A stretch of 64,000 nt of DNA from an uncultured Acidimicrobiales bacterium (GCA_963739765.1 CAVUBP010000001.1:59198-123197), one strand, 5' to 3'; positions 21,390-33,008 are shown, numbered from the stretch's first letter. Translations and numbers: made by a program. The notes: generated by a model not told the origin, from the letters alone.

Positions 21390-22865
21390 TCAGGTCGTTT
21401 CCGCGAGCACCGATCGATCGCCGGCCCGCAGCCCTTCGATGATGCGCCGGTAGGAGCCGGCGGCGTCGAAACCCATGGCGTCGGCGTCGAGGACCCGCAG
21501 GCCCCGCTCCCGGTCGACCCCGTGGATCCCGAAGCGCGGCTCGTAGCTTCCCCACTCGTAGTTGTCGACGAGGGTCCAGTGGTAGTACGCCCCCACCGGC
21601 ACGCCGGCGTCGATGGCGTCAACGAGGGCGCCGAGGATGGCCCGCAGATAGCGGCCGCGATCGAGCCCGTCGAGACGCGGGAAGCTCCGCCCCCGCCGCA
21701 CCCGGTTGCACAGCCCGTTCTCCACGACCCACAGGTCGAGACCCGACGCCACATTGGCGCCCGGCATACTCGAGCAGGCCCGCGGGGTCGACGCGGTCGT
21801 CCCACAGATGGTTCCCGGGCTGCCACGACCTGCCGCCCGCCGTCCGGCGACCGGGCACACAGAAGAACTCCGCGGCGACGGGCGCGTAGTAGTCGATGCC
21901 CACCACGTCCAGCGTGCACGGATGGGGACTCGCCCACAGCGCGTCGAGGGCCCTCGGGAAGCCCCCGCCGCGCTCCCACTGCGCCGCGGTGGTCCGGCGC
22001 AGTGCCCTCTCGAGCATCCCGGCCGGGGCGATGCCCCGGTACCACTCCGATCGCCGCTGCCCGATGAAGGCGCCGACGTCGTCTCGTGCCACGCCCTCGC
22101 GTCGCGCCAGGAGCACGTCGATCACGATCCGATCGAGTTCGTACAGGCTCAGCGCCACGTTGTTGGTGGTGACGGTGGCTTCGGGTTGCAGGCGGTGGAT
22201 GACCTCGTAGCCCTTGACGTGGGCGGTGACGAGATGGTCGAGCGCCACGGCCAGGTCGCCGAAGGCGAGGGATCGACCGGGGGGAACAACCCGACGAGAT
22301 ACGACCCCACGGCGAGCGCATTGACCTCGTTGAGGGTGACCCACGTCGAGCACCACGGGCGCAACCTCCCCACCGCGGTCTCGACCCACGACGCGTAGCG
22401 ATCAGGGGACTGCCCCGACAACCAGAAGTCCTCACCGAGCCAGGCAGGGTGGGTGAAGTGGTGCAGCGTCACCAGTGGCTCCAGGCCCCGGGACCGGCAG
22501 CCCTCGAGGATCGTGGCGTAGCGCTCGAGGGCGCCGTCGTCGATCTGGCCCGGTGCCGGTTCGACCCTCGCCCACTCGACCCCGAGGCGCAAGGCGTCGC
22601 AGCCGAGCGCCGCGGCCCGGTCGAGGTGCTCCTCGTGGCGGTTCCAGAAGTCCACGGCCAGGCCCGACGGCTCGACGCGTCCCGCCCGCTCCCACCGGAC
22701 CCAGTTGTTGGCGGGCTCCCCCGGGCCGTTGTAGCCGCCCTCGATCTGGAACCCGGCCGTGGCCACCCCGAAGCGGAACCCCGCCGGGAGGATGCCGTTG
22801 GCTCGGGCCGGAGGCCGTGCCCGGGGAGACGGTGCGTCAACGGGGTCGGGCACGGGGCCCAGCAT
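21390..22865 (-). pseudogene. Glycoside hydrolase family 1 (beta-glucosidase); at least 3 frameshifts
   Basis: ATG 22865. Blocks are FRFGVATAGFQIEGG, LRLGVEWARVEP, LVTLHHFTHPAWL, WVTLNEVN (acid/base Glu), LWVVENGLC (nucleophile Glu) and YYHWTLVDNYEW. Confidence 0.8.
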
Positions 22866-22900
22866 GGCACGGCCCCGGAACCCGAACGTAGGGTGGTCCA

Positions 22901-23928
22901 ATGCGCGGTCGCCTGCCGGGCGGGCTCGGACAAGGGCCTCGGCTCGATGCCCCCGACGTGCTGGCACAGCGCTGGCGCGGGCAGCGTCCCCGGCTCGAGG
23001 TCTGGTACGTCACCCTGACCGACCCCGCGTACCGGTATGGGCTGTTGGGTCCATCACGAGCTCGTCTCCCCGGTGTCGGGCGACCCCTACGCCCATGGCT
23101 GGACCGCGGTCTTCCGTCCCGGCACGACGCCCGTGCTCGAGCGGTTCGGTCCGGCTCGCTCGTCAGTGCCGACATGCGCGGGCGCGGCGCCCGTTGCTCG
23201 GGGGTGGCGCGGTGCTCGACCCTCCGCAACCTGCGGGCGAGACCGGGCCGATTGGCCTGGGACCTGCGATGGCGCGCCGATCCCGAGCACCCGGGCCCAC
23301 CGCTGTTCACCTTTCCGGCATGGGCATGGGAGCGCGAGGCACTTCCCGCCGCGCAGGTGGTGGCGGTGCCCGAGCGCGCCGTTCGACGGAACCATCCGGG
23401 TCGGGCGCGACGTGCGTGACGCTGTCGCCGCAGGACCCGCGGTGGCGTCAGTCACATCTACGGGCACGGCAACGCGCAGCGGTGGGGGTGGTTGCACGCG
23501 GAGCTCGGCGACGGAGACGTGCTCGAGATCGTGAGCGCCGTGAGCCGGCGACCGGGGCTCGACCACCTCCCGCCCCTCGCCTTCGTGCAGCTGCGCCTGG
23601 GGGGCCGTGACTGGCCGCGTGACCCGCTGGTGGCCGCGCCGCTGTTCCGCACCCAGCTCGGCCTTCCGACCTGGCACGTGCGCGGCACCGTCGGGCGCTG
23701 GCGCCTGCGGGCCGAGGTCGACCATGCCCGAGGCCGGCTGCGGTGCGGTCGGCTACGTCGATCCCGACGGGGCCGACGGCCACGTGTGTCAACAGCGAGG
23801 TCGCCGACGCCGAGATCGTCCTCGAGCACCGGCGGGCGGCGTGGGAGGTCGAGGGGCACTGGCAGTCTGCGCGCCAGCGCGCACGCCGAGATCGGTCGAC
23901 GGCCGTGACCCAGGCCCGACCTGATTGA
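22901..23928 (+). pseudogene. Conserved-looking hypothetical protein; heavily frameshifted, family not assigned
   Basis: ATG 22901. These blocks are spread over all three frames: RPRLEVWYVTLTDP, WVHHELVSPVSGDPYAHGWTAVF, LAWDLRWRADPEHPGPPLFTFPAWAWEREALPAAQVV, GHGNAQRWGWLHAELGDGDVLEIVSAVSRRPGL, GYVDPDGATATCVNSEVADAEIVLE. Confidence 0.4.
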
Positions 23929-24018
23929 CTGATAGGTCAGTTTGGTAGCCTGCACGCATGGCGGGCGCTTCCCCGGTACCCACCGGTACATCGCGCCCGG
24001 TACCCACGGTACATCCCG
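23928..24018. promoter_or_regulatory. Candidate operator region upstream of the TetR gene: a 5-4-5 inverted repeat plus two ~23-24-bp tandem direct repeats
   Basis: The inverted repeat ACTGA-TAGG-TCAGT lies at 23928-23941. The direct repeats are CCGGTACCCACCGGTACATCGCG (23973-23995) and CCGGTACCCACGGTACATCCCG (23997-24018), each containing GTACC..GGTAC. Confidence 0.35.
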
Positions 24019-24043
24019 CCCGGCGCGTGCGGTGCGGCGCGCC

Positions 24044-24641
24044 ATGAGCGACAAGGAGAAAGAGGGGCGCCGGACCGACATCCTGGCCGCGGCCAAGAAG
24101 GTGTTCGCCCGCAAGGGGTACCACGCCACCACCATCGCCGACATCGCCAAGGCGGCGAAGCTCTCGTACGGGTCGATCTACTGGTACTTCGATTCCAAGG
24201 ACGCGCTGTTCCACGCGCTCATGGAGGCCGAGGGCCAGGCGCTGCGTGACCACGTCACCGAGGCGCATGCTCTCCACGCCGGCACGCGGGTCGCCCGACG
24301 CACCGTTCCGCGCCGCGGTGCAGACCACCTTCGAGTTCTTCGAGTCCGACCGAGCGCTGGTGAAGCTGCTGTTCCGCGACTCCTACGCCCTCGGCGACCG
24401 CTTCGAGAAGCACCTCTTCGGCATCTTCGAGGCCTTCATCAGCGACATCGAGAAGATCGTCGAGGACGCCCAGCGGCGGGGCCTCATCGTCGAGGCACCG
24501 CCGCGCATGGTGGCGTGCTCGGTCGCCGCGCTCGTGGGCCAGATCGCCCATCGCCGACTCGTCACCGACGACGGGCTGTCGGCCGAGGTCGCGGCCGACT
24601 TCGTGGTGTCGCTGTTGCTCAACGGCCTGCTCCCGCGCTGA
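24044..24641 (+). pseudogene. TetR/AcrR-family transcriptional regulator; one frameshift
   Basis: ATG 24044. The HTH is TTIADIAKAAKLSYGSIYWYFDSKDALF. The C-part, ORF 24246-24641, reads FEFFESDRALVKLLFRD..VAALVGQIAHRRL. The shift is near 24280. Confidence 0.8.
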
Positions 24642-24653
24642 ACGACGTCGGCC

Positions 24654-26182
24654 GTGGCGCTCGACGAGACCAGGGTCCCGGTGGTGGTCGCGGCGGGCCA
24701 GTGCGATCGACCGCGACCCGACGGTGTCGGCGCTCGACCTGGCGGCGCGCGCCGCGCGAGCAGGCCCTCGACGAGGCCCCGAGCCTGCGGGCCCGGGTCC
24801 AGCTGGTGTCGGTGGTGAACGTCATGTCCAGCGCGGGGCCGGCGCCCGCCGCCGCCTGTCGCCCGGCGGCTCTGGGGCTGGCGCCGACGCGCGACCGAGG
24901 TCACCACCATCGGCGGGAACTCCCCGCAGTGGCTGGTCAGCCGGGCCGCGGCCGCCATCGCCGCCGGCGAGCTCGACGTCGCGCTCGTGGTCGGGAGCCG
25001 AGGCCCAGCACTCGGCCAAGGCCGCGGGCCGGCGCCGGGGGCACGACCTCGAGATCAGCGTGCCGCGCCCGACAGCTCCGACGGCTCCGACAGCGAGCGT
25101 CGTCGCGACCCCGTCGTCGGCGACGACCGCGCCGGGGTCGGCGACCCCGAGCTCGCCGTCGGGCTCGTCGCCCCCGTGCACGTGTACGCGCTCTTCGAGA
25201 GCGCGATCGCGCACCGCGCCGGACGGAGCTGCGCCGAGCAACGACGCGCGCTCGGCGAGACTCATGGCCCCGATTCACCGAGGTGGCCGCCACCCACCCC
25301 GTCGCGTGGTTCCGGTGAGGCCCGCACCCCGGCCGAACTGGCCACGGTGACCGCCGGACAACCGCCTGGTGGCCGAGCCCTACCCGAAGCGGATGTGCGC
25401 GTTCTTGCACGTGAACCAGGGCGCCGCGGTCCTGGTGACGTCGCTGGCGGCGGCGCGGGCCGCGGGGTCGCCGACGGGGCGGTCTTCTGCTGGTCGGGAG
25501 CCGAGGCGACCGACGTCTGGTTCCCCACGGCCCGGCCCGACCTCGGTTCGTCCCCGGGCCTCGCGCGCCGCGGCCCAGGCGGCCCTCGCCGCGGCGGGCA
25601 TCGGCGTCGACGACATCGACGCCTTCGACCTCTACTCGTGCTTCCCCTGTGCGGTCGAGATGGCGGCCGAGGCGCTCGGCATCGCCCCCGACGACGCCCG
25701 GGGGCTCACCGTCACCGGCGGGCTTCCGTATTTCGGCGGGCCGGGGAACAACTACTCCCTGCACGCGCGTGGCCACCATGGCGGACCGGCTCCGCGCGCG
25801 CACGGCGGGCACGGGGCTGGTCAGCGCCATGGGCTGGTACGCCACCAAGCACGCCGTGGGCGTCTACGGCGCCACCCCCCCGCCACGAGGGTGGCGCCGG
25901 GGCGACACCGACGACGGCCCAGCGCGCCATCGACGCCTCGGCGCGTACCGGTGGCCACCGAGGCCGCACGAGCCCCGCGCGTGGTCGTGGCGGCCACCGT
26001 GGTGGCGGGGCCCGAGCGGCGCGGTGACGGCGGCCCCGGTCGATCGCCCGGCTCCCCGACGGGCGCCGGATCGCGGCCGCCGCCGAACCCGACGAGCTCG
26101 CCGCCCTGGCCGGTCGGGACCTCGTCGGCCACCGCGATCGAGGTCTCGGGCACCCCGCCCCGGTACCGGCTCGACAGCTTGA
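24654..26182 (+). pseudogene. Thiolase-like (acetyl-CoA acetyltransferase/SCP-x-type) protein; heavily frameshifted
   Basis: GTG 24654 (uncertain). These blocks lie in alternating frames: TTIGGNSPQWLVSRAAAAIAAGELDVALVVGAEA, VAPVHVYALFESAIAHRAG, PYPKRMCAFLHVNQGAAVLVTS, GIGVDDIDAFDLYSCFPCAVEMAAEALG..TVTGGLPYFGGPGNNYSLHA. The 3' end is uncertain. Confidence 0.6.
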
Positions 26183-26271
26183 GCCCCGGTCGCCGGCCGG
26201 GCCCTCGCCGGGTGGCGGTGCCGGGCCAGCCCGGTCAGACTTCGAGCCGAACCGAGGGCAAGGAGCAGCCG

Positions 26272-27044
26272 ATGCCCGCAGTCGAACGCGAGCGCCGGGG
26301 ACACGTCGAGATCCTCACCATCAACCGGCCCGAGGCCCGCAACGCCATCAACGGCGACGTGAGCGTGGGCATGGCCGCCGCCCTCGACGAGCTCGAGGCC
26401 GACGACGGGTGCTGGGTCGTCGTCGTCACCGGGGCCGGCGAGAAGGCCTTCTCGGCCGGCATGGACCTCAAGGCCTTCGCCGCCGGGTGAAGGAGGGGCC
26501 ATCATGGGAGGCTCGGGGGGTTTCGCCGGCATCACCCAACGGCAGTTCCCCAAGCCGATCATCGCCGCGGTGAACGGTGCCGCCCTGGCCGGCGGCTGCG
26601 AGATCATGCTCGTCGTGCGACCTCGTGGTGGCGGCCGACCACGCCACCTTCGGGATCCCCGAGGCCAAGCGTGGACTGGTCGCCGGCGCCGGTGGGCTCA
26701 TCCGCCTCCCCAAGCGACTTCCCATCGCCATCGCCCTGGAGCTCGCGCTCACCGGCGAGTCGATCGACGCGGCGCGGGCCCTGCAGCTCGGCCTCATCAA
26801 CCGCGTCGTCCCTGCGGCGCAGCTCATGGAGGAGACCCTCGCCCTGGCCGGCGTCATCGCCGACAACGCGCCACTGGCGGTGCGGTGGTCCAAGCACGTC
26901 ATGGTGCGCGCCGCCGGCGTGTCCGAGGAGGAGGGCTGGAAGCTCAACGCCGAGGCGGTGGGGGCGGTGTTCTCCTCCGCCGACGCCATGGAGGGCCCGG
27001 TCGCCTTCGCCGAGAAGCGCAAGCCCAACTGGCAGGGCAAGTAG
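26272..27044 (+). pseudogene. Enoyl-CoA hydratase/isomerase (crotonase) family; two frameshifts
   Basis: ATG 26272 lies 6 nt after AAGGAG. Blocks are HVEILTINRPEARNAING..VVVVTGAGEKAFSAGMDLKAF, FPKPIIAAVNGAALAGGCEIML and DLVVAADHATFGIPEAKRGLVAGAGG. Shifts lie near 26490 and 26615. Stop is at 27042-27044. Confidence 0.85.
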
Positions 27045-27063
27045 CGAAACGGACGCGGCGTCC

Positions 27064-27476
27064 GTGCACGCGGCCTCTCATCCAGCGCTCGACGGCATCC
27101 GGCTGTCGGTGCACGTGCTGGCGGCCACGGTGTGGGTCGGCGGACAGATCACCATGGCCGGGCTCGTGCCCACGGCGCGCGGCCTCGGGGAAGGGGCGCC
27201 GCGGGCCCTGGCCCGAGCCTTCGGCCGCATGCAATGGCCCGCCTACGCCCTGCTCGTCGTCACCGGCCTGTGGAACGTCTCCGCCGTCCATGCCGGGCAG
27301 CCCCACGCCTGGGCGGTCGTGCTGGTGGTGAAGATCGTGGTGGTGGCCCTGGCCGGGCTGGCGGCGTTTCTCCACACCCGGGCCGTCGACCACGCGCGGT
27401 CTCGCCGTCTGGGGTGCCCTCGCCACCCTGTCGTCGCTCGCCGCCCTGGTCATGGGGGTCTTCCTCGCCGGATGAG
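27064..27476 (+). pseudogene. CopD-like integral membrane protein; one frameshift near the 3' end
   Basis: GTG 27064. Blocks are IRLSVHVLAATVWVGGQITMAGLVP, WPAYALLVVTGLWNV and VVLVVKIVVVALAGLAAFLH. The last helix, GLAVWGALATLSSLAALVMGVFLAG, needs a shift near 27395. Stop is TGA 27474-27476. Confidence 0.55.
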
Positions 27477-27584
27477 CCGTCGCCGGCCGGGCACGACGGA
27501 GGGTTCCGCTGTCCGGCCCGACCACCGGCGGTCTAATCTTGTGGGCGACGACTTCGCTCGGTGAGCGGCGGTCCCAGAAACGAG

Positions 27585-27834
27585 ATGCCCATGATCGGAG
27601 TACTCGAGAGCGAGTGGGGGATCATCATCATCCTGGTGGTGGTGGTGCTGCGTCTTCGGCGGTAGCCAGCTCCCCAAGCTGGCCAGGTCACTCGGGTCGG
27701 CTCAGTCGGAATTCAAGAAGGGCCTCGCCGAGGGCAAGAAGGGCGACGGCTCTGGGCCCGGCGCCGACGCCGCCGGCACCGGTGACACCGCGGCCGCCAA
27801 GGACAGCGACAAGCCGTCCGCGGCCTCGGGGTAG
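27585..27834 (+). pseudogene. tatA: Twin-arginine translocase subunit TatA/E; one frameshift
   Basis: ATG 27585. The TM helix GIIIILVVVVL is followed, after a 1-nt shift near 27650, by FGGSQLPKLARSLGSAQSEFKKGLAEGKK. Stop is TAG 27832-27834. Confidence 0.75.
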
Positions 27835-27957
27835 CCCTCCTATCTCCGCCGGCTCCACCGGCGTGGACCCGGCGGCGGGCACGCACCCCGTCGGCGGCCG
27901 ATCCCTTTCCTCGCGCACCAGCTGCTCGAGTACCTCGTCGCCGGTGCACTGGCCGAG

Positions 27958-28479
27958 TTGTCCGTCCACATCGCCCACAGCGGCCTGCTCCTCGCCGCCG
28001 CGGCGGCCTTCGCCCTCCTGGCCCTCACCGCCCGCGGTCCGCTGGGCCTGGCCCGGGTGTGCGGGCCCAGGCTCCACGCCACGCTCGACATCGTCGTCGC
28101 CCTCGCCGTGGCGGCGGCACCCATCGTCCCGGCCCTGCGACCCGACATCACCGGCATCGTGGTGGTGGAGGTGGCCGCACTGGCGTGGGTGCGCCTGGCG
28201 ACATTGACCCGGTACACGCGAGCCCCTGCGCCGGCCGACGACGCCCCCCGACTCGCCGGTCCCCCCGTCCCCGCCGACCCCGTCACCCGAGGCACCGGTC
28301 CGGTCGACGTGCCGGCGCCCCCCGCACCGGGCGCGGTGGTGCTGCGCGGCCTGGGCATCCTGGCGGGCCGATCGGCGCGTCGGCTCCCCGAGGCCGAGGA
28401 GAAGCTGCGCACCGGCGCGCGCCAGGCGGGGCGCCACGCCGCCCGGTTGCACCGCACCTGGCGCAATCCGACGAGCTGA
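27958..28479 (+). CDS. Hypothetical integral membrane protein
   Basis: TTG 27958; a GTG at 27863 in another frame could be the true start if one more indel is assumed. The protein has hydrophobic helices (LLLAAAAAFALLALTA, IVVALAVAAAPIVPAL, GIVVVEVAALAWV) and then a Pro/Ala-rich tail. Confidence 0.45.
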   Translation: MSVHIAHSGLLLAAAAAFALLALTARGPLGLARVCGPRLHATLDIVVALAVAAAPIVPALRPDITGIVVVEVAALAWVRLATLTRYTRAPAPADDAPRLAGPPVPADPVTRGTGPVDVPAPPAPGAVVLRGLGILAGRSARRLPEAEEKLRTGARQAGRHAARLHRTWRNPTS

Positions 28480-28632
28480 GGCCACAGCGGCGACGGTCGG
28501 CCAGCGCAGCGGCACACGGTCGAACGCCGGGCCGGTGGGGTCGGGGCCCGGCATCGTAGGCTCGGCGCCGTCCACGTGATCCCATGCGGACCCAGCTCCC
28601 CACCTGGAACCCCACGCAAAGGCGGGACGGCC

Positions 28633-29938
28633 ATGGCCGACGACGTACTCGAGCTCGCCGACAAGCTCTGGCGCGGCGACATCGACATCGTGGAGATCCA
28701 CCCCGTGGGTGGGTACATGGGCGGCGTGGCCGAGGTCGCCACCGGCGTCTCCTTCGTCCCGCAGTTCGCCAACGTCTCGGCCTTCGCCACCGACGACGGG
28801 CTCGTCCTCGTCGACACGGGCTCGAGCTTCGTGGCGGGCGCCGTGCACGAGGCGCTGCGGGGGTGGTCGGCGGCAGCGGCTCAACACCGCCATCTACTCC
28901 CACGGCCACATCGACCACGTCTTCGGCGTGGGCGTGTGGGAAGAGGAGTCCGGCGCGCGAGGGCTGGCCCGCACCGGTGGTCGTGGCCCACGACGCGGTG
29001 CCGGCGCGCTTCGACCGCTACATCGTGACCGCCGGGTACAACGAGATCATCAACCAACGGCAGTTCGGGGTGCCGGGCCTGCGGTGGCCCACCGAGTACC
29101 GCTATCCCGACCGCACCTACGCGCAGCGCCTCGAGCTCGACGTGGGGGGCGTGGGCCTCGAGCTCCACCACGCCCGGGGCGAGACCGACGACCACACCTG
29201 GACCTGGGTGCCCGGCGCCCGCGTGCTGTGCTGCGGCGACCTCTTCATCTGGGCGTCGCCGAACGCCGGCAACCCCCAGAAGGTGCAGCGCTATCCCCGC
29301 GAGTGGGCCGTCGCCCTGCGGGAGATGATCCGGCTCGAGCCCGAGGTGCTGCTGCCCGGCCACGGCTTCCCCGTCGTCGGCGCGGACGCGGGTCCGCCAG
29401 GCGCTCACCGACACCGCCGATCTCCTCGACTCCCTGGTCGACCAGACCCTGGAGCTCATGAACGCCGGGGCCCGGCTCGACGAGGTCCTCCACACCGTGA
29501 GCGCTGCCCGCCCACCTCGCCGAACGTCCGTACCTCCGGCCCGTCTACGACGAGCCCGAGTTCGTGGTGCGCAACGTGTGGCGCCTGTACGGCGGGCTGG
29601 TGGGACGGGAACCCGGCCTCGCTCAAGCCCGCACCCGAGTCGGCCCTGGCCGGCGAGCTGGCCGCCCTGGCCGGAGGCGCCGGCGTCCTGGCCGAACGCG
29701 CCCTGGCCCTGCTGCAGGCCCAGGCGCCGGGGGGCGACGACCCCGCCGTCTCGCTGCGGCTGGCGGGCCACCTGGCGGAGCTGGCGGCCCTGGCGGCGCC
29801 GATCGGACCCGGCTGTCCACAGGGCGCGCGCCGAGGTGTTCGCCCGGCTGTCGCGAGACGGCCACCTCGACCATGGCGAAAGGCGTGTTCAGCTGGACGG
29901 CGCGGGACTCCGAGGGGCGGGCCGGAGAGCCCGGTTGA
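28633..29938 (+). pseudogene. Alkyl/aryl-sulfatase-like MBL-fold hydrolase; at least 4 frameshifts
   Basis: ATG 28633. Blocks are IYSHGHIDHVFG, HHARGETDDHTWTWVPGARVLCCGDLFIWASPNAGNPQKVQRYPREW, LLPGHGFPVVG and VRNVWRLYGG/WWDGNPASLKP. Stop is at 29936-29938. Confidence 0.7.
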
Positions 29939-29991
29939 GGCTCCGCTCTCAACTACTACTCGCGGATCGCCGGTTGGCTAGTGTCGTCGCC

Positions 29992-30869
29992 GTGAGCCCC
30001 CGCGCCGCCGAATCGAGCAGCACGGACGCGTCCCGGTGGCGTCGCCGGGCCTTCGGGGTCATCGCCGCCGCGGCCCTGCCGATCGTGCTCGGGGGGTGCC
30101 AGCTCCCCACCTTCTACGGCTATCGGGGGTCGACCAAACAGGGCCACGACGAGTCGCTGTTGTGGATCGGGACCATGATCGCCGCCATCGTCGTGGGCGT
30201 CCTCGTGGGCGGGCTGATCGTGTGGTCCATCATCCGGTACCGCAAGAAGTCCGACGAGATCCCCCGCCAGTTCCAGTACCACATCCCCCTCGAGATCACC
30301 TACATCGTGGTCCCCGTCATCATGGTCCTCGATCCTGTTCGGGTTCACCGTGTACACCGAGAACCAGGTGGACGCCGTGAGCCCCACCCCGGCGGTGAAG
30401 GTGCACGTCACCGCGTTCCAGTGGGGCTGGAAGTACCAGTACCCGGGCAAGGTCGACGTCACGGGTGTGACCACCGAGGACCCCGACCCGATCGGGCTCA
30501 ACGGGGCCGCCGTGCGCCCCGGCGGTCGACTGCCTGGGCCCGGGCCTCGTGGTCCCGGCCGGCCAGACCACACGGATCACGCTCGATTCCCAGGACGTCA
30601 TCCACGGGTTCTACGTGCCGGAGTTCAACTTCAGCCGCTACGCCCAGCCCGGGCGTGACCAACGTCTTCGACCTCACCGTCGAGCACGTCCGGCATCTAC
30701 CGGGCCCAGTGCACCCAGCTGTGCGGGCTGTACCACTCGCTCATGTTCTTCCACGTGGTGGCGCTGCCCCCGAACCAGTTCCGGGCGTGGCTGAGCTCGC
30801 AGCAGCAGCCTGGCCAAGGCGGCCTCGGCCGCCTCCGCGTCCAACTCGACCACGAAGGCGGCCGCATGA
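29992..30869 (+). pseudogene. ctaC: Cytochrome c oxidase subunit II; several frameshifts
   Basis: GTG 29992. Features are the lipobox LGGC, two TM helices, VKVHVTAFQWGWKYQYPG, VIHGFYVPEFNFSRYAQPG, and the CuA ligands AQCTQLCGLYHSLM. The inferred stop TGA 30867-30869 overlaps the ctaD ATG (ATGA). Confidence 0.85.
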
Positions 30870-32607
30870 CCGTTCTCGCCGATCGCCCGGTCACCCACGA
30901 GCACGAGCACGAGCACCACGAGGGGCCCACGGGCCTGTTGAAGTGGCTCACCAGCACCGATCACAAGCTGATCGGCATGAACTACATGGTGACGTCGCTC
31001 GTCATGTTCTTCCTGGCCGGGCTCATGGCTCTGGCACTGCGGGCGCAGCTGGCGACTCCCGACGGCTCCCTGCTCAGCTTCCAGTCGTACAACGCGCTGT
31101 TCACCATGCACGGCAGCCTGATGCTGTATCTCTTCGCCGGGCCCTTCGCCTTCGGCGGCCTGGCCAACTACATCCTGCCGCTGCAGGTCGGCGCGCCCGA
31201 CATGGCGTTCCCCCGCCTCAACGCCCTGTCGTACTGGCTGTACCTGAGCGGCTCGATCACGATGCTGCTCGGCTTCCTCGTGGCCGGCGGGCGCCGCCGC
31301 CTTCGGGTGGGTGGCCTACGCGCCGCTCTCGTCGGTGCAGTTCTCGCCGGGATCCGCACCCGACCTGTGGATCCTGGGCATCGCCCTCACCGGCTTCTCG
31401 GCCATCTTCACCGGCGTCAACCTGGTGACGACGACCTTCTACCTCCGCGCCCCGGGGATGACCATGTTCCGGCTGCCCATCTTCACCTGGAACATGCTGG
31501 TCACCGCCATCCTGATCCTCATCGCCTTCCCCATCCTCACCGCGGCCATGGTGCTGCTGTTCGCCGACCGCCACTTCGGGACCCACATCTACTCCACGGC
31601 CGGCGGCGGGTCACCGATCCTGTATCAGAACCTCTTCTGGTTCTTCGGCCATCCCGAGGTCTACATCCTGGCCCTGCCCTATTTCGGCATCGTGACCGAC
31701 GTCATCCCGGTCTTCTCGAAGAAGCCGCTCTTCGGCTACAAGGGCATGGTCTTCGCCACCATGGCGATCGCGGCGCTGTCCACCGGCGTGTGGGCGCACC
31801 ACATGTTCACCACCGGTGTCGTGCTCCTCCCCTTCTTCTCGCTGTTGTCGCTGCTCATCGCCGTGCCGACCGGCATCAAGTTCTTCAACTGGATCGGCAC
31901 CATGTGGCGGGGCCAGCTGACCTTCACGACGCCCATGCTGTTCTGCATCGGGTTCCTGTTCGCCTTCTTGATGGGTGGCCTCACCGGCGTCATGTTGGCA
32001 TCACCCCCCATCGACTTCGCCACCCACGACACCTACTTCGTGGTGGCCCACTTCCACCAGGTGCTGTTCGGGACCGCCGTCTACGCCGGGTTCGCGGGGC
32101 TGTACTACTGGTACCCGAAGTTCTTCGGCCGGATGTACCGCGAGTGGATGGGCAAGTGGCATTTCTGGCTGCTCACCATCGGCTTCTGGGTGACCTTCAT
32201 GCCCCAGTACGTCCTGGGCCTGTGGGGCATGCCCCGACGGGTGGCCTCCTACCCGGCCAACCTGGGATGGCAGACACTGAACGTGGTGTCGACCGTCGGC
32301 GCCTTCATCATCGGCGATCTCCTTCGTGTTCTTCCTCGTGAACCTGTGGGTGTCGTGGCGCAAGCCCGTCCCCGCCGGCGACAACCCGTGGGACGCGCAC
32401 ACCCTGGAGTGGTTCGCCACGTCGCCGCCCTCGCACCACAACTTCGAGAAGCTCCCCCCCATCCGCTCGGAGCGACCGGTGTGGGACTACCACCACCCCG
32501 ACGACCGCACGGTCGCCCACGGCCACCCCGGAACCAGCGGCAACGGGCACGGTCGCCTGGCCGGCGCGGATGCCGTGGCCGGTGTCGACACCGGCCACGA
32601 GGCATAG
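30866..32607 (+). pseudogene. ctaD: Cytochrome c oxidase subunit I; two frameshifts
   Basis: ATG 30866. Blocks are [57 protein letters not shown] and [11 protein letters not shown]. Shifts lie at GGG 31289-31291 and near 32312-32316. Stop is TAG 32605-32607. Confidence 0.9.
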
Positions 32608-32616
32608 GGGCCCGTC

Positions 32617-33008
32617 ATGCGCGTCGAAGCACTGTTCTTGCTCGGGGTGGCCGTCTTCTTCGCCATGGTCGGCATCGTCTACTGGTTCTGGGCCTACGAG
32701 CAGGGCGGCTTCGTCATGCTCATCGGCACCACTCTCCTCGGGCTCCTGCCCGGGAGCTACTACCTGTGGTGGTCGCACCGCATGAAGCCACGCCCCGAGG
32801 ACCGCCCGACGCCACCATGGAGGACGGGGCCGGGGTGATCGGCTCGTTCCCCGGCTCGAGCATCTGGCCCTTCGTGCTCGGCATGGGCCTGTTCCTGATG
32901 GTGCTGTCGATGGTGTTCGGGCTGTGGCTCATCGCCCCGGGTGCTGCGCTGGTCATCTCGGCCGTCATCGGCGTGACCGTGGAGAGCCGGCGCGGCGGGA
33001 CCATCTGA
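32617..33008 (+). pseudogene. ctaF: Cytochrome c oxidase subunit IV (actinobacterial CtaF); one frameshift
   Basis: ATG 32617 opens [26 protein letters not shown] shift near 32810 leads to [42 protein letters not shown]. Stop is TGA 33006-33008. The gene sits directly after ctaD. Confidence 0.75.

Noticed and set aside
30743-32341. A 532-aa ORF that appears to join ctaC to ctaD in frame.
   Set aside because: Only the tail of ctaC and about the first 140 codons of ctaD are real in this frame. The inferred ctaC stop (TGA 30867-30869) lies one frame over, and the remainder is Arg/His/Pro-rich nonsense.
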